Assembly (NCBI GenBank): GCA_951406725.2
Contig: OX597818.1
Coordinates: 17,112,001 to 17,176,000, forward strand
Direction: 5' to 3'
Source of the DNA: Octopus vulgaris
Taxonomy: Eukaryota
DNA: 64,000 bases
Position numbers and translations under genes: made by a program. The number at the start of each line of letters is the position of its first letter. Within the stretch, counting starts at the first letter, position 1. The notes below the pieces were generated by a model. It made no database searches. It worked only from the letters and a program-made list of their open reading frames with translations, and had not been told where the DNA came from. Positions 13,343-28,319 of this stretch are shown here, one piece after another.

Positions 13343-13580
13343 ATAATACAAAATAAGAAAATGGAGAAATACATCGAAATCAAATGTCAATTACCAGATA
13401 ATACTCAATCACATACTTTATTAAACCACCACATAAGAAACTATAAGGTTAAACATAATGATGTAGAACAATATGTTTAACCTTATAGTTTCTTATGTGG
13501 TGGTTTAATAAAGTATGTGATTGAGTATTATCTGGTAATTGATATTTGATTTCGATGTATTTCTCCATTTTCTTATTTTG

Positions 13581-13587
<7 letters not shown>
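13343..13587. repeat. Near-perfect inverted repeat (arms about 115 bp, spacer about 14 bp) ending at (TA)n
   Basis: ATAATACAAAATAAGAAAATGGAG...GGTTAAACATA is mirrored by TATGTTTAACC...CTCCATTTTCTTATTTTGTATTAT. One mismatch seen. Confidence 0.95.
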
Positions 13588-13622
<35 letters not shown>

Positions 13623-13835
13623 ACTAACCAAGGTAAAAAATTCCTTCAAAGTAGTGTGTAAATCATCCAATTCACTGGTACGTCGGTTGAATACCACATA
13701 AATATGGGTTTAATGCAAATTACAAACAATAAATTAGATAGAGACAATCCAATAATTTATTTATATTATAATATAACACAATATACTATGAATGCAATAT
13801 AATATGAAATAAGCAATTATTTAAAAAACCAAAAA

Positions 13836-13915
13836 GCCAACAATTTGTTTCGACTTATATACATTTTTTGATATATAAACAATTCAATTCCCTTATATAT
13901 ATGTCACATCAGGGC
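13836..13915 (-). ncRNA. Degenerate minimal hammerhead ribozyme (A9 to U)
   Basis: Minus strand reads GCC-CTGATGT-GAC..GTC-GAAA-CAAATTG-TT-GGC. The topology is intact, but there is one core substitution and stem I is only 3 bp. Confidence 0.45.
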
Positions 13916-14041
13916 AATTGGTATGTAGATAGGTGAAATTCCGCGTGAAAGAATTGCTGGATTGTAAAAAGACTAATTCAAATGCTTATGTATTATAAAC
14001 GTGAGCGTTAACCATGCAACTACCTTCGATATTATTAAAAT

Positions 14042-14156
14042 AAAAACCCTGAAGAGATTCTACCCTTACAACTTAAATTCTTAACATTGGATTTAACTCA
14101 AATGTTTTGAGTTATGCATTACTAAGGGGCTAGAATCGAAACGTATGTAGGTTTTT
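14042..14156 (+). ncRNA. Type I hammerhead ribozyme (PLE type)
   Basis: Stem I AAAAACC/GGTTTTT, core CTGAAGA, stem II GATTCTA/TAGAATC extended by CCCTTA/TAAGGG, GAAA, quasi-palindromic ACGTATGT, and a GUA cleavage site after 14149. Confidence 0.85.
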
Positions 14157-14361
14157 GAGTCTTGTATTGTGTTTTTAAAAATATTAGTGTTTATATCTTA
14201 AAAACAAATTATGATGCAAATAAATTAACTATACAACTATATATTTTTTTACCTATTACAATTCATAACACAACGTAGAATTTTTTCTTTTAATGTAATG
14301 GAGATTAAACCAGTGAAATTTTGTATGTATGCATGTATGCATGTATGTATGTATGTATGTA

Positions 14362-15880
14362 TTAATTTCCACATCTAGCTTAATCTGGATGTGTTGATAA
14401 GAACTGTATAGACTACTTTCATCGTCCTGAGCAATTATTTTGTATAGATGTTAGATGCCTTAAAAAGGCACAGATTATATTGTCAAACGAAAGTTTCGTC
14501 AGCACCTGGCGATAGGACTGTTGTATCAAGTGATTTCAGCGTAAATCGCGCATCATTAGCAACAGGCACCCAAGCACCGAATGCCAGATCGAAAATCCGT
14601 CAAACCGATATAGTTTAACACAAACTAAACAGACAGTGACATTTCTGTTTGACTTTCAACTTTTGAAATTTTAAAATTAAATGAAAATTTTCAAATTTGG
14701 TATAATGATGTAATTTTTCATGCTGAATCTGAAGTTGTTATTCACTTATTCCAGAAAATATATAGAAAAATGTTACAGCGCTTTAAAGTTTGATTATCTT
14801 TACTCAATCAGAAAACAGAATTTGGAAGCTGGCATTTTCTGCGGGATAACTTTTATTAAACAAAATGAAAACAATATATTACGGCGACGAATGTTGTGAG
14901 AAGTTTTGAAGTTTAAATGAATAAAGTCAAGTAAAACTTGGAATAAACAAAGGAAGAATCTTCAAAGAATTTTTTTGCGAAAAATTATAAAAAAAACAAA
15001 AAACTGTACTTTATACAACTGTAGTTCAGTTAATGTAAACAATTAATTGCGAAAATTCAAAAGCGAAAGTTTGAGAGACACAAGGGTTAGAGTTAGGGTA
15101 ATATATTAGGTAAGTAGTGGTAGTTGTTTAAAACAGGCAACAACTTAGCTTGTTAGGATGAAACCAGGCACCAATGTGTCTGTGGTTTACGGTTGGCTAA
15201 AATTACCCCAAATTTACTAACTTTAAAAACTATTAACTTTTTTTATTTATTAATCTATGGCAAAAATGAATTTCATTTCCTTAATTAGCATACAAAACTA
15301 CACAAATAAACTAAACCTGACACGAATTGAAACAAAATTAAAGGAATTGAAAAAATGAAAGCCAAACAGAAAAGATTCCAGTGATATTACAAAAAAGCAG
15401 GCAGTTTGTGGATAAATTAACTATTAGTGACGGAAGCAACCTTTGTAACGAATATTAATTTGCACGTCAAGCTTTTTAGCACTTAATGTCCATACGAGCT
15501 TATTTCGCAGGACAATTATCGCAGTCTACGGCGTTCTTAACAACACATCCAAATGAAGCTGTGCGTTCAAATTAATATCCCTCATAAAAGCTACTTCCAT
15601 CGCTAATAGCAAATTTTTACACTGCCCGCTAGCTGTTTAGTCAGTATTAACTATAAGATTGACGGATCTTCGATCAGACATTCGGTACTTGAATGCCTGT
15701 TGCTGATGGACAATTTATGCTGAGATTACATGGTACACCAGTTGTGTCACCGGGTGCTGATGAAATATTCTGATGATATATGTGCTTTTTCTAGCACCAA
15801 ATGTCTATACGAGTTGATTTCTCAAGGCGTTTACCGCAGTCTATGACGTTCTAAACAACACACCCAGGTTTAGATGTGCA
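14362..15880. mobile_element. Old MITE/DNA transposon with long diverged inverted arms
   Basis: 14370-14640 is an imperfect reverse complement of 15630-15880 (for example CAGATCGAAAATCCGTCAA versus TTGACGGATCTTCGATCAG). Confidence 0.5.
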
Positions 15881-16117
15881 ATAGAGAAAGAAAAAGAGAG
15901 GTAAGATATGCATACATAAATACGTACATACATGCATCGTACAGATCTGCACATATACACTCATACAAAAGTACCTTGTTGATGTTGTTGAAATTCCAAT
16001 GAACCGGTTCTTTCTCTATTGGCAAGAAATCTTGAAATAAAACTGAATAATGACATACATACATACATACATACATACATACATACATACATACATACAT
16101 ACATACATACATACATA

Positions 16118-16345
16118 CACTGCTTAAATACCAATCTTGAGAAATTAGGCTTCTCAAAACTAGAAAGGAGAAAGCTGATTCAAAGATTTGAGACCCAAGC
16201 CATCACTGGAATTGTAAAAATCTGTAAAACTTTCCAGAAGTTTGCCATTCAAATATATATGAGCATTCTAGATATATAACTATATGTATGAGAATACATG
16301 CATAAAACAAAACATACAAATCTACACATACACAAACATATGTAC
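16118..16345 (+). mobile_element. 3' end of an RLE-type LINE between (TACA)n tracts
   Basis: CLNTNLEKLGFSKLERRKLIQRFETQAITGIVKICKTFQKF resembles RLE LINE C-termini. A second copy on the minus strand at about 52197-52405 includes VIIGTL. Confidence 0.55.
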
Positions 16346-16811
16346 GTACATACATACATACATACATACATACATACATACATACATACATACATACATA
16401 CACACATACATACAAGCATATATACAAACATAACTTGTTGATGTTTTTGAAATTCCAATGAATGAGACTTGAATCTATTTTAGAAACCGGCTATTTCTCT
16501 ATTGGTAATTAACCTTGAAATAAAACTAAATAATAATTTACATAAAAATATATATGGGACTATAAGAATCTGCAAGACCTTCTTAAGATTTAAAGGATGA
16601 TGGTTGAAGAAGCTACTTTTCTTCACAACTTTGCTGCCGGTCAAAATTTACTCCAAAATTTAAAAAAAAGAGAACGTACATACATACATACATACATACA
16701 TACATACATACATACATACATACATACATACATGCATGCATGCATGCATACATGCATACATACATACATACATACATACATACATACATACATACATACA
16801 TACATACATAC

Positions 16812-17360
16812 ATGGAGGCTGCCCTCTCGTTATCGAGTATGGCCATTGCACGAAGGTTAATCAATGTTGTTATCGTGCAATGCCTGTGCAAGAAGATTTT
16901 TTTTAAAGTGAGGAAAAAGACTGAGTCAATCCCACTAACTAAGTAACAGCAGCCATAATCCAAAAACAAGAACAAGTCAACATCATCGGTAACCACTGAG
17001 CCGCAGGTTTTATGTCGGAGTCATCCCAGTTACCTGAGTTACCTCTCCTAGAAGGATGTCCTAACAAAGGCTAGGAGTCCTTCACTCCCAATGGTTTAAC
17101 CGCGCGATCGGGTATTCAGTCCGATTATTTCTATGTCCCCGCGCATGATACAGCGTTAAGACATTTATTGGATGGCCGTTGACTCTCAAGAGTTCCTCCG
17201 CCCTTTGACGGGTTTTGTTTTTCATCCCGCAGGGTGTCCAATAAACACCCTCCTCACCAAGCAAGCTTGGTGGGGTTGCCGGTTTACTCGCCGACGACCC
17301 GACCATTCAACAGGTTGTACTGGGTTACATGTTACCAGTAGCACACGAAAGTGACCTGAC
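16812..17360 (-). mobile_element. Probable LINE (RTE-like) 5' region fragment
   Basis: GC-richer block sharply bounded by (TACA)n tracts, with a general resemblance to RTE 5' UTRs. No intact protein motif. Confidence 0.3.
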
Positions 17361-17824
17361 ATAAACATACATACATACATAGATACATACATACATACAT
17401 ACATACATACATACATACATACATACATACATACATACACACATACATACATACGTACGTACGTACGTACGTACGTATGTACATACTTACGTACAAATCG
17501 TTTCGATGAAATACCACAAGTAAAAAGATTCAATTCTTTCTAAGAGCTTTTAGTAGTTTTTCCAGAATAAATTGAATCTTTACAACAACGTAAGTTTAAT
17601 GGCTGAGGTTAAACTTAACCATGTTTGGACAAACAATTTATCACGTCTTCATTTATAACGTTGCGACAATAGTGACTGCTGCAGTAAAACCGGTAATCAG
17701 GAGTATAAGTAAATATATGAGAAAATAATCGCTAGGGCTTTCAGAAAGCTAGGTTAAGTCTCTTGACAAACAATATTTGTCCTTGGCAGGTAGAGAGTCA
17801 TTATAAATTGATATGAGTAAGTAG

Positions 17825-17859
<35 letters not shown>

Positions 17860-18479
17860 GGGCAGGCATGGCTGTGTGGTAAGAAGCTTGCTTCCCAACC
17901 ACATGGTTCGGGGTCCAGCCTCTCTGCATGGTACCTTGGGCAAGTGTCTTCTACTATATTCTCGGGCCTACCAAATCCTTGTGAGTGGATTTAATAGACG
18001 GAAGCTGAAAGAAGCCTGTCGTATATATGTGTATATATATTTGTGTCTGTATTTGCCCCCCCCCCCCACCATCGCTTGAGAACCGAACCGATGTTGGTGT
18101 GTTTACGTCCCCGTAACTTAGCAGTTCGGCACAAGGAACTGATAGAATAAGTACTAGACTTAGAAAGAATAAGTCCTGGGGTCCATTTCTTCGACTAAAA
18201 CCCTTTAAGGTTGATGCTCCAGCATTGCCGCAGTTAAATGACTGAAACATGTAAAAGAATAAAACATACGTATGTATGTATGTATGTATGTATGTATGTA
18301 TGTATGTATGTATGTATGTATGTATGTATGTATGTATATATATATATATAATGATTGCTTCATCTTGACAGATGATAGCCATCCCATCAGTCCACACACC
18401 ACACCCCATCACACAGCACAATCACTCCGTTGATGAGCTCTTAGATGACTTTTAAGACCAGCTGCTGACTTACAGGGTT

Positions 18480-20942
18480 TAAAACGCAAGTCACAGATAT
18501 TCAAGTTTCTTCTATATTTTTGCCCTTTAGAATCTTACTAGAGTTCACCATAAAAAAGACGCTTTGGCAAACGCTCTTTCATTCTAATAACATGTCCAGT
18601 CCATCTCATTTGAGCCAAGATAACATGTTGTTCAACTGAACTACAACGTGCCATGCGCAAAACCTCTGGTATGAAACATTCACACTTGACTCCTAAGATA
18701 CGTCTGAGGCGCTTTTGATGAACTCTCTCAGGCATTTTTATATGACGCTTGTAAGCGGTCCATGTCTTTCTTGAATAGAGAAGTGCAGACAATACACACG
18801 CTTTTTGGACACTGATTTTTATCTGCAGGGAAATACCTCTATCCGTACATACTCGCTTTTCGAGCTTTCAAATACAACACTTCCCTTCTTTATTCGATTG
18901 TATATCTCTGCATCAAGACTACCATCTCTTGACAGTGTGCTTCCTAGGTAAACAAACGTGTCAACGACTTCTAACCTTGTTCCATTCACAAAAATGTTTG
19001 ATTCAGATTATGTTTGTCCTGGCACAGGAGTAAACATTACTTTGGTTTTCCCCAAACTAATTGTGAGTCCGAAATGCACACATTTAGTGGGAAATCTGTC
19101 CATTGAATGTTACACATCTCCATCTGAATGTGCTAACAAATCAGCATCATCTTTGTAAAGTAATTCTCTAACAAGTATTTTGAAAGTCTTTGCTTTGCAG
19201 TTAAACCGGGTCAAATTGAAAATACGACCAGATGTCCGAAATCTGATACCGATTCCTCAAAACAATGCAGTAAAATACATAGAGAAAAGTGTAGGGGTAG
19301 GAATATCTTCCTGTTTGACATCGTTGTCCACCGAAAATTCATGAGAAAGCTCACAATTAAAGACTACCTGATCTTTCATGTTTCTGTGTAGTTCCTTAAA
19401 GGTGCTCACAAAATGTGTTGGGAAACCAAGTTTACACAAAACAATCCATAGTGCCTCCCTGTTTACCGTGTCAAATGCCTTAGTTAAATCTATGAAAACC
19501 TGGTATAGTGGCATTTGTTCCTATCAGATTTTCTCTTGAACCTGCCTCACAGAAAATGTCATGTCCATTGTTCGTCGCTCAGGTCTGAAATCACACTGTT
19601 CTTCAGGTATCACATGTGGAGACACATTCTCAACAAGAAGATCTAACATGAACCTTGAAAGTATCTTCACAGTATGTGCCAGGAGAGTTATCCCTCTAAA
19701 ATTACCACACACTGTTTTTGGGCCCTTGTATACAGAGATTAGAATACCATTTATCCATTCTTGTAGCACAGAAGATCCATTCCAAACTCGAGTTATCAGG
19801 TTATGAATTTCAGATGAAATATGATCCCCACCTGCTTTCAGAATTTCAACTAATCCAGGAGCTTTTCCTGATCTCAGTTTACATAATGTTAGATTTACTT
19901 CTTCAATGGAAGGTGTATCGTTCATGTGTTTCAATATCACTCTTTGCAGAATGTTGTTTATGATGTCCATGTTCACTACAGACGGATTGTGGAAAAGATC
20001 TGCAAAATGTTCTCCCCATCTATTCATTATTCCAGGAGGATCTTTAATAACCTCATTTCCATCTTTCGACTTCAAGGGAACATATGATGATGAAGATTGC
20101 CATCCAAAAGCTTGCCGAAATAAATTATAGAAACTTTTAATGTCTTTCCTGTCATAGCAGCCTGTACTTTCTCAGACAAGTTTCTCCACCAAGTGTCTTT
20201 AAACCACCCAAGTTCTCTTTGCAAGTCTTCTTTCTGAGACTTGTACAACGTACAAAGTTGCACTTTGTTCTTAACTTTTGGGTCAAGAAGCTTTTCATGA
20301 GTGGACCTCTTTGTTGCTAAAAGCTCATTTATCACTATATCATTGGAATCAAACCAGTCTCAGTGTTGTCTCTTCTTAAAACCTAACACCTCTGATCCCA
20401 TTTTATGTATTCCATCCTGGAAAGATTGCTATGAACCTTCAAAATGAACATTTTTGCATCTCTTCTGAAACAACTGCAGAACTTGTGGTTGTTTTAGCTA
20501 CTCTACATCAATTTTCTTTGGTACTCGTACACCTGCACTACGAATCTGCTTACGGACCCTGAACTTGAACTTGGCCCTAACCATTTTGTGATCAGTATCC
20601 CAATCAGCACCTCACGATACTCTGAGACTGCTCAAATCTTGTAAGTCAGCTTTCCGAGTTAATACAAAGTCAATCATGTGACCTTGCTTTGATCTTGGGT
20701 GAATCCAGGTAACTTTATGTTTCATCTTATGATGAAAGAAAGTATTCCCAACGACCAGCCCTAGTTCAGAGCACACTTGTAGGAGGAGCAACTCATTGTT
20801 GTTCACCTTTTCTATTCTGTAATACCCAAGTACATTCCAAGCACAATAATCTCTACCAACACGAGCATTAAAGTCACCAAGCACAACCAACTTCTCATTC
20901 AAATGGACTGATAGAATACTTCTTCTAAGCTCCTTATAAAAT
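18480..20942 (-). mobile_element. RTE-clade LINE, degenerate APE endonuclease plus RT
   Basis: Motifs VLGDFNARVG, VTWIHPRSKQGHMIDFV, KAPG, NFRGITLL, EEQCDFR..DMTFSVRQVQEK, VFIDLTKAFDTVNRE and RWTGHVIRM..RLPKRLFYGEL. Confidence 0.92.
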
Positions 20943-22164
20943 GCATGGATGGGTGAATACGCGTGGCTTGGGGTCCCCTTGGAATCAAGGGTACCTCTTA
21001 AATGATATAAAGTCACACGATTTGGGAATAGCCATAAGTGAGACCAGACTGTGTGAACCACGGGCCCTAAAGTCTATGTTTGGCGGACAGTTTAATATTT
21101 ATTTTTCTCCATATCTGCCGAAGATGGGCAGTAGTGACACGGTGGTACTTTTTCGCAAGGGTCTGAATCTCGAAGTAAAGACGAAATTCGTAGACCCGGA
21201 GGGTTGACTGGTTGTCCTGGATGTCGACGGCAGCGATGGGTGCGCTTTTCGGCTCCTAGCAGTCTATGCACCGCCTTTAACAAGTCGGCTGGATTTCTTT
21301 CGACGTCTAGAAGTATTCCTAGGAACGTTTTGTCCTTTACTTTTAGTGGGGGATTAGAATGCTACGTTGGACACGCATCTAGACTACGTGGGGAGAGACA
21401 GAAACAGACGGGGATGCAAATGTCCGAGAGACCTGCTCAGACGCTTTCAATTGTCTGACAGGTACCGACGCGACCACTCAAATGCGCCGACGTGGACATG
21501 GGGCAACCGGATTGGGCTATTGAGATCGAATCTAGATAGGATACTGTGTAGGACAGTAGATAGGGTGTCCACCATTCCACATGGTCAGCTACACGGATCA
21601 CAAACTTCTAACGTCTACGGGATGGAAGAGCTATTTTCATCATATTTCGCTATGGCGAAAGAATGTATCTGGTGGACGCGTCTGAAAGGCTTAGAGACAA
21701 ACACTTTCCTCTCTGATCAATCTCTCGTCAACTTTTTCAAGTATCACTTGAAAAGGCAGGTGAGTGTAGAGAGGCAAGTTTTGTCTACCAAATGTTTCAA
21801 AAAAAGATGGGTGAATGTAGCAAGGATGGCACGTATGAATGACGAAGCCACCTTGAGCATGATCCTATGAACCGGAAAAAATTTAAAACAGGGAGTTACT
21901 TAAATGTGTTAATATGTGATATTATTGCCCGAGGTTACCGTGGTCTTTTCGTAGGTTTTTCTTTCCACGGATAAACCTCACCATTTCTTGGGAACTTTTT
22001 GTACTATTTCGATTTTTTTTTGTGTATATCCCAAACGATTTCGATCCCTTTTGATCGTTGTCCCTAATTTTGTTTTTTCTTACTTTGTTTTCGCCCCCCT
22101 CGAAAAGAATAACTCCCCTATGTTGTCCCCTCTATGTTCAGCCCTGTGTGGCCAATAAAGAAAG

Positions 22165-22166
<2 letters not shown>
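20943..22166 (+). mobile_element. L1/Tx1-type LINE ORF2 remnant (endonuclease joined to the C-terminus and 3' UTR by internal deletion)
   Basis: VNTRGL..AISETRL, LLAVYAP, WTW..SNLDRIL, then a C-terminal segment, a 3' UTR with AATAAA near 22154 and a (CTAT)n tract. Confidence 0.75.
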
Positions 22167-22243
<77 letters not shown>

Positions 22244-22279
22244 ACCATTTATCTATCTGCATACCTGCCTCTCTCACTT

Positions 22280-22371
<92 letters not shown>

Positions 22372-23504
22372 AACAGTTTGATTTAAATATACTGTAGTTA
22401 CTGTGGTAAAAATGTACATATGTTTAAAATATATGCATGTATTATCCAAATATTTGGAAGTGCAGGTATGGGTGTGTGGTAAGAACTTAGCTTCTCGACG
22501 ACATGGTTCCGGGTTCAGTCCCACAATGTGGGCAAGTGCCTTCTACTATATCCTTGGGCCGATCAAAACCTTGTGAGTGAAATTGCTTGACGGAAATGAA
22601 AAAAAAAATGCCCGTCATATGTTTGTATGTGTGTGTGTATAAATGTGCGTGTTTGTGTGTGTGTTTCTGTGTGTGTGTTCCCTTCATCGCTGCTTGACGA
22701 CCGATTTAGGTTTGTCAACGCCCCTGTAACTTAGCTATTCGGCAAAAGAAACATAGAATGAGTTCCAGGCTTAAAACAAATAAGTACTAAGGTAATTTTT
22801 TTCAACTGAACCCTTCAGGGCGGTATCCCAACTTGGGTGCCGCTGTTCAAAGAATACAAAAACACACACATACATATAGAGATCGATAGATCGATAGATG
22901 CGTGTACAGATATAAACACATGTTAGGGTGTGTGTTTGTGTGTGTGTGTGTGTGTGTATACACATACAAGCATACACACACACACACACACATACGCACG
23001 CCCATTTACTCAGGAAAGGAAATATGGACAGCTTGATGAAATACAAATACTTACTGTTAAGGATTTTTAAAGATTTTTTTTTATAAAAAAAGAGGAAGGG
23101 AGAAACAACCTTTGTTTCATGTATTATACAAAATCATATATTTTTCAGTTATATTTATAAATGTTCTTGTTCGTAGTTTTTAAACTATAGACTATTTTAA
23201 AACACAAGTATGAAGGTTTGTCACAGCTTGTTTTCATACATATGTCTTTCATCTCCTGTAGATATTTCTATGCGGATAGAGCATGTGTGCTAGCGCAAAC
23301 GCTATGCTTATATATACACTTTAAAATACACATGGATACATGCACACACATACATACATGCATACACACACCCATCCATCCATCCATCCATCCATCCATC
23401 CATACACACATACATACAAACATGCATCCACCCACCCACTCAGACACACATATATATATGTGTGTATATATATACATATATATATATATACATATATACA
23501 TACA

Positions 23505-23573
<69 letters not shown>

Positions 23574-23736
23574 GGCGCAGGAGTGGCTGTGTGGTAAGAA
23601 AATTGCTTAATAACCACATGGTTCCGGGTTCAATCCCAATGCAAAGCACCTTAGGCAAGTGTTTTCTACTGTAGCCTCGGGCCGACCAAAGCCTTGTGAG
23701 TGGATTTGGCAGACGGAAACTGAAAGAAACCTGTCG

Positions 23737-23800
<64 letters not shown>

Positions 23801-24620
23801 TGTTTGTTCCCCGTCCCGCCATCGCTTGATAACCGATGTTCGTATGTTTCAGTAATTTGACTGCGGCCATGCTGGAGCACCGTCTTTAGTCGAACAAATC
23901 GACCCCAGGACTTATTCTTTGTAAGCCTAGTACTTATTCTATCGGACTCTTTTGTCGAAGTGCCAAGTTACGGGCACGTAAACACACCAACACCGGTTAT
24001 CAAGCAGTGTTGATGTGTTTACGTGCCAGTAATACATGATTACATATGTGTGTGTGTGTCAGTGTGTGTGTATGTGTGTGTGTATGCGTGTGTATTCTAC
24101 AAAGCTTTGATCGCCTCGAGGCTATAGAAGAAACTTGCCCATATTCATGTATGTATGTATGTATGTATGTATGTATGTATGTATGTATGTATGTATGTAT
24201 GTACAAAAACAATGGTAAGTATTCAATATAAACAATATAATTAATAATAATCCTACTAAAGGTACAAGGCCTGAAATTTTAGGGGCCGGGGTAATCCTGT
24301 TGCATCGACCTCAGTGTTTCACTGGTACTTAATTTTCCGACCCTGAAATGAATTTGAATTCAGAATGTTAAGACGGATGAAATACCTATTTCTTTACTAC
24401 CCACAAGGGGCTACACACAGAAAAGACAAACAAGGACAGACAAACGGATTAAGTCGATTATATCGACCCCCTTGCGTAACAGGTACTTATTTAATCGACG
24501 CCGAAAGGATGAAAGGCAAAGTTGACCTCGGCGGAATTTGAACTCAGAACGCAGCGGCAGATGAAATACCGCTAAGCATTTCGCCCGGTATGCTAACGAT
24601 TCTTCCAGCTTACCGTGTTA

Positions 24621-24820
<200 letters not shown>

Positions 24821-26351
24821 GTCGATGTTACAGATCTCAACCACCTGTACTATGCAACCGCGAAAATCTCAACCATTTTATGTGGTGAAAAGATTAGAAA
24901 ACGACAACATTCCCATAAAAAGCCTTCTTGGCAAGAGCGTATTCAACACCAAGTTAAGCTACTTAGGTCTGACATAGAATGTTTTTACAAACCTTAAGTT
25001 TGACAAGACTCTCAAACCTACAAAAACCCGAAAATTAAAGAAAAAAATATAATATGAAAACCATATTTGACATTGATACCACCTTAGAAACCGTCAAGCA
25101 AAAGGTATGTGCTAAAGTTGCCTGCATAGCAAGGTATGAAAAGCGCATTAGATTCTTCAAGGACAACAACATTTTCAAAAATAACCCCAAAAATTGTTAC
25201 AGGAAGATATGGAAAATACTAGTTACAGTCATGTCTGTTCCATCAAAAGAAGAAGTGCAGGAATTTTAGAATAAAATTTAGGCAGAAGAAAAAACACACA
25301 ACGAAAACGCCCCTTGGATTGATAGAATATCTACAGACTTGACTCCTTAGAGGAGCAAAAGTGGGAGGGTATCAAGGCAGAAGATATAAGATCTGCTCTC
25401 AGGAGGTCAAGTAAATGGAAGTTTCCAGGAAAGGATAAAATTCTTAACTTCCGGTTGAATGACTTCTCAGAGAGCCATGAACTGTTAACAAAACTTTACA
25501 ACGATGTTTTGCAACAACCTAGTATGATTCCCTCTTGCCTAGTTAATGGTTTAACATTCCTACTTCCAAAAAATGAAGAAACAAATGAACCAAACAAATT
25601 ATCGACCTATAACCTGCTTAACAACAATGTACAAAACGCTAACATCTGTCCTGACTGAATATACCTATAGTTTTTAAATAGGAAGTAGCATATTCCCTAA
25701 TGAGCAAAAATGATGCAAACGTGGATCTAATGGTTGTAAAGTTCAGCTACTCGTCAATAAGATGATCTTTAGAAGATTGTGACAAACGACATAAAAACTT
25801 GTCGATAGACTGGATAGACTATAAAAAAGCTTTTGATAGCCTACCACATAGCTGGATTAAGAAATGTCTGGAAATGTATAAAATAGCTCCTACTCTGCGA
25901 AACCTTTTGTCTGTAAGTATGTGATCAGTGACAAAGAATCTCTAAATGCTGGAGATGTAAGAATTTCATGTGGCATTTTCCAGGGTGACACGCTATCACT
26001 CCTCCTCTTTTGTCTAACCTTAATACCTCTCTCAAATTTGTTCCATGATGCACAGTACGGTTATAAATTGTTTGATAAAAATATAAATCATCTCATTTAC
26101 ATGGATGATTTCAAGCTCTTTGCAAAAAAATGACCAACAACTCAATGACCAACTTTCTAGCTATTGTTAAACAATTCAGTGATGACATCAGGATGCAATT
26201 TGGCCTTGGTAAATGTGCAAAAGCTACCTTTATCAAAGAAAAAATGACTGACACATCTAACGTTAACCTTGACCAGCAGAATGTAATAAAAGAGTTAGAA
26301 CCATTGAAAGGAGGAGAGAGTTATACGTATCTTGGAGTATTAGAATCTGAC
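24821..26351 (+). mobile_element. R4/Dong-clade LINE RT fragment
   Basis: Motifs KPSWQERI, YRPITCLTTMYK, WIDYKKAFDSLPHSWI, GIFQGDTLS, NHLIYMDDFKLFAK and FSDDIRMQFGLGKCAK, with stops and frameshifts. The adjacent (TAA)n is the known target of Dong elements. Confidence 0.85.
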
Positions 26352-26992
26352 ATGTATGTATGTATGTATGTATGTATGTATGTATGTATGTATGTATGTA
26401 TGTATGTATGTATGTGTATATGTATGTATGTATGTATGCATGTATGTATCTATGTATGTACGTATTATGTATGTATATGAGTGTTATGAGTGTGTGCGTG
26501 TATGAGTGTTATGAATGTGTGCTTGTGTGTGTATGTGTTTGTGTGTGTATGTGTGTGTATTTCTGTATATATGACTACGGCCATGCTGGGGAACCGCCTT
26601 GAAGGGTTTTCATCGAACGAATCGACCCTAGTACTATTTTCTTAAAACGTGGAATTTATTTATCGGTTTCTTATGTCGAACCGATAAGTTACAGGGATGT
26701 AAACACACTAACAGCGGTTGTCAAACGGTGGTGAGGGGACAAACATCAGCACAAAGACACACGGACTTCTTTCAGTTTCCGTCTATCTAATCCACTCAAA
26801 ACGCTAAAGTCGGCCCAGGACTATAATAGTAGACACGGAACCATGTGATTGGAAAGCAAAACTTATCACACAACCGCGCCTGCGTCATACGTATATACAT
26901 ACGCACGCACACACACATACACACATATACACACACAAACACACATATACATGTATATATATATATATGCCTATGCATATGTACAGATATCT

Positions 26993-27044
<52 letters not shown>

Positions 27045-27211
27045 AGTAAGCATATAAATGCAAAACAAGGTGGTAGAAATAGTACTCGACTACCGAACGT
27101 AGAGTAATATTCTTTTATTAAAGCTGGAAATATCTTCACAAACTGTTCATTTAGAGGATAAAATTCCATTTTCGAGCGGTTTCTCTCTCTCTCTCACGCA
27201 CACACACACAC

Positions 27212-27288
<77 letters not shown>

Positions 27289-28319
27289 CATATATATATA
27301 TATATAATGTGTATGCGTGTATTTGCAAACGAAATAAAACATAAAATATAAAATATGGATGAATATTACCAAAATATATAAAAATATCCATACAATCAAT
27401 AGGATATTTTTTAAATATTTTTGTAGCGCTTTCAAAAAAGAAGTGAAAGAACTTGCCTGCCAACAAAAAATACCAAAATACCAACCAATCAAATTTACAT
27501 TAATCTTTGTTTTTACAATACCAACTTCCTTTTCCATCCTAACTGCAGGGGGAACACCCTATGTAAATTTCAATTAGGATTAGTCAACAAGTGCATTTTC
27601 GGTGTAATTATTCTTAGAATTAAAAATACTAGGTTGCAAGTACGGTGGAACCGTTCTTGAGTAGTTCCATATTAATTTTACATTTTGGCATAAGGGCAGC
27701 AATTTCGACGAAGGAAGTAAATCAATTACATCAACCTCAGTGCTCAACTGGTATTCATTTTATCAATCCCGAAAGGATGAAAGGTAAATTTGAACTCAGA
27801 AAGTAAAGACGGATGAAATGTCGCTAAGCATTTGTCCGGATTGCTAACGATCTACCATCTTGCCGCCTACAGTGGTTTCATAATATTGATTTCAAATTTT
27901 GGCATAAGATCATCAATTTTGAGGAAGAGGGTAAATCGATAACATCGATCCCAGTGTTCAATTGGTACTTATTTTATAGACCCCAAAAGGATGAAAGGCA
28001 AAGCAGACCACGGCAGAATATGAACTCAGAAAGGCAAAGACGGACGAAATACCTATTTCTTTACTACCCACAAGGGGCTAAACACAGAGAAGACAAACAA
28101 GGACAGACAAACGGATTAAGTCGATTATATCGATCCCAGTGCGTAACTGGTTCTTATTTAATCGACCCCGAAAGGATGAAAGGCAAAGTCGACCTCGGCG
28201 GAATTTGAACTCAGAACGCAGCGGCAGACGAAATACTGCTAAGCATTTTGGCTAGCGTGCTAACGATTATGCCAGCTCACCGAATCGTGGGGGTTCCATA
28301 ATTTTGAAACTAACCACTC

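Noticed and set aside
17200-17360. Possible HDV-like ribozyme in a LINE 5' region
   Set aside because: I could not build the nested double pseudoknot by eye.
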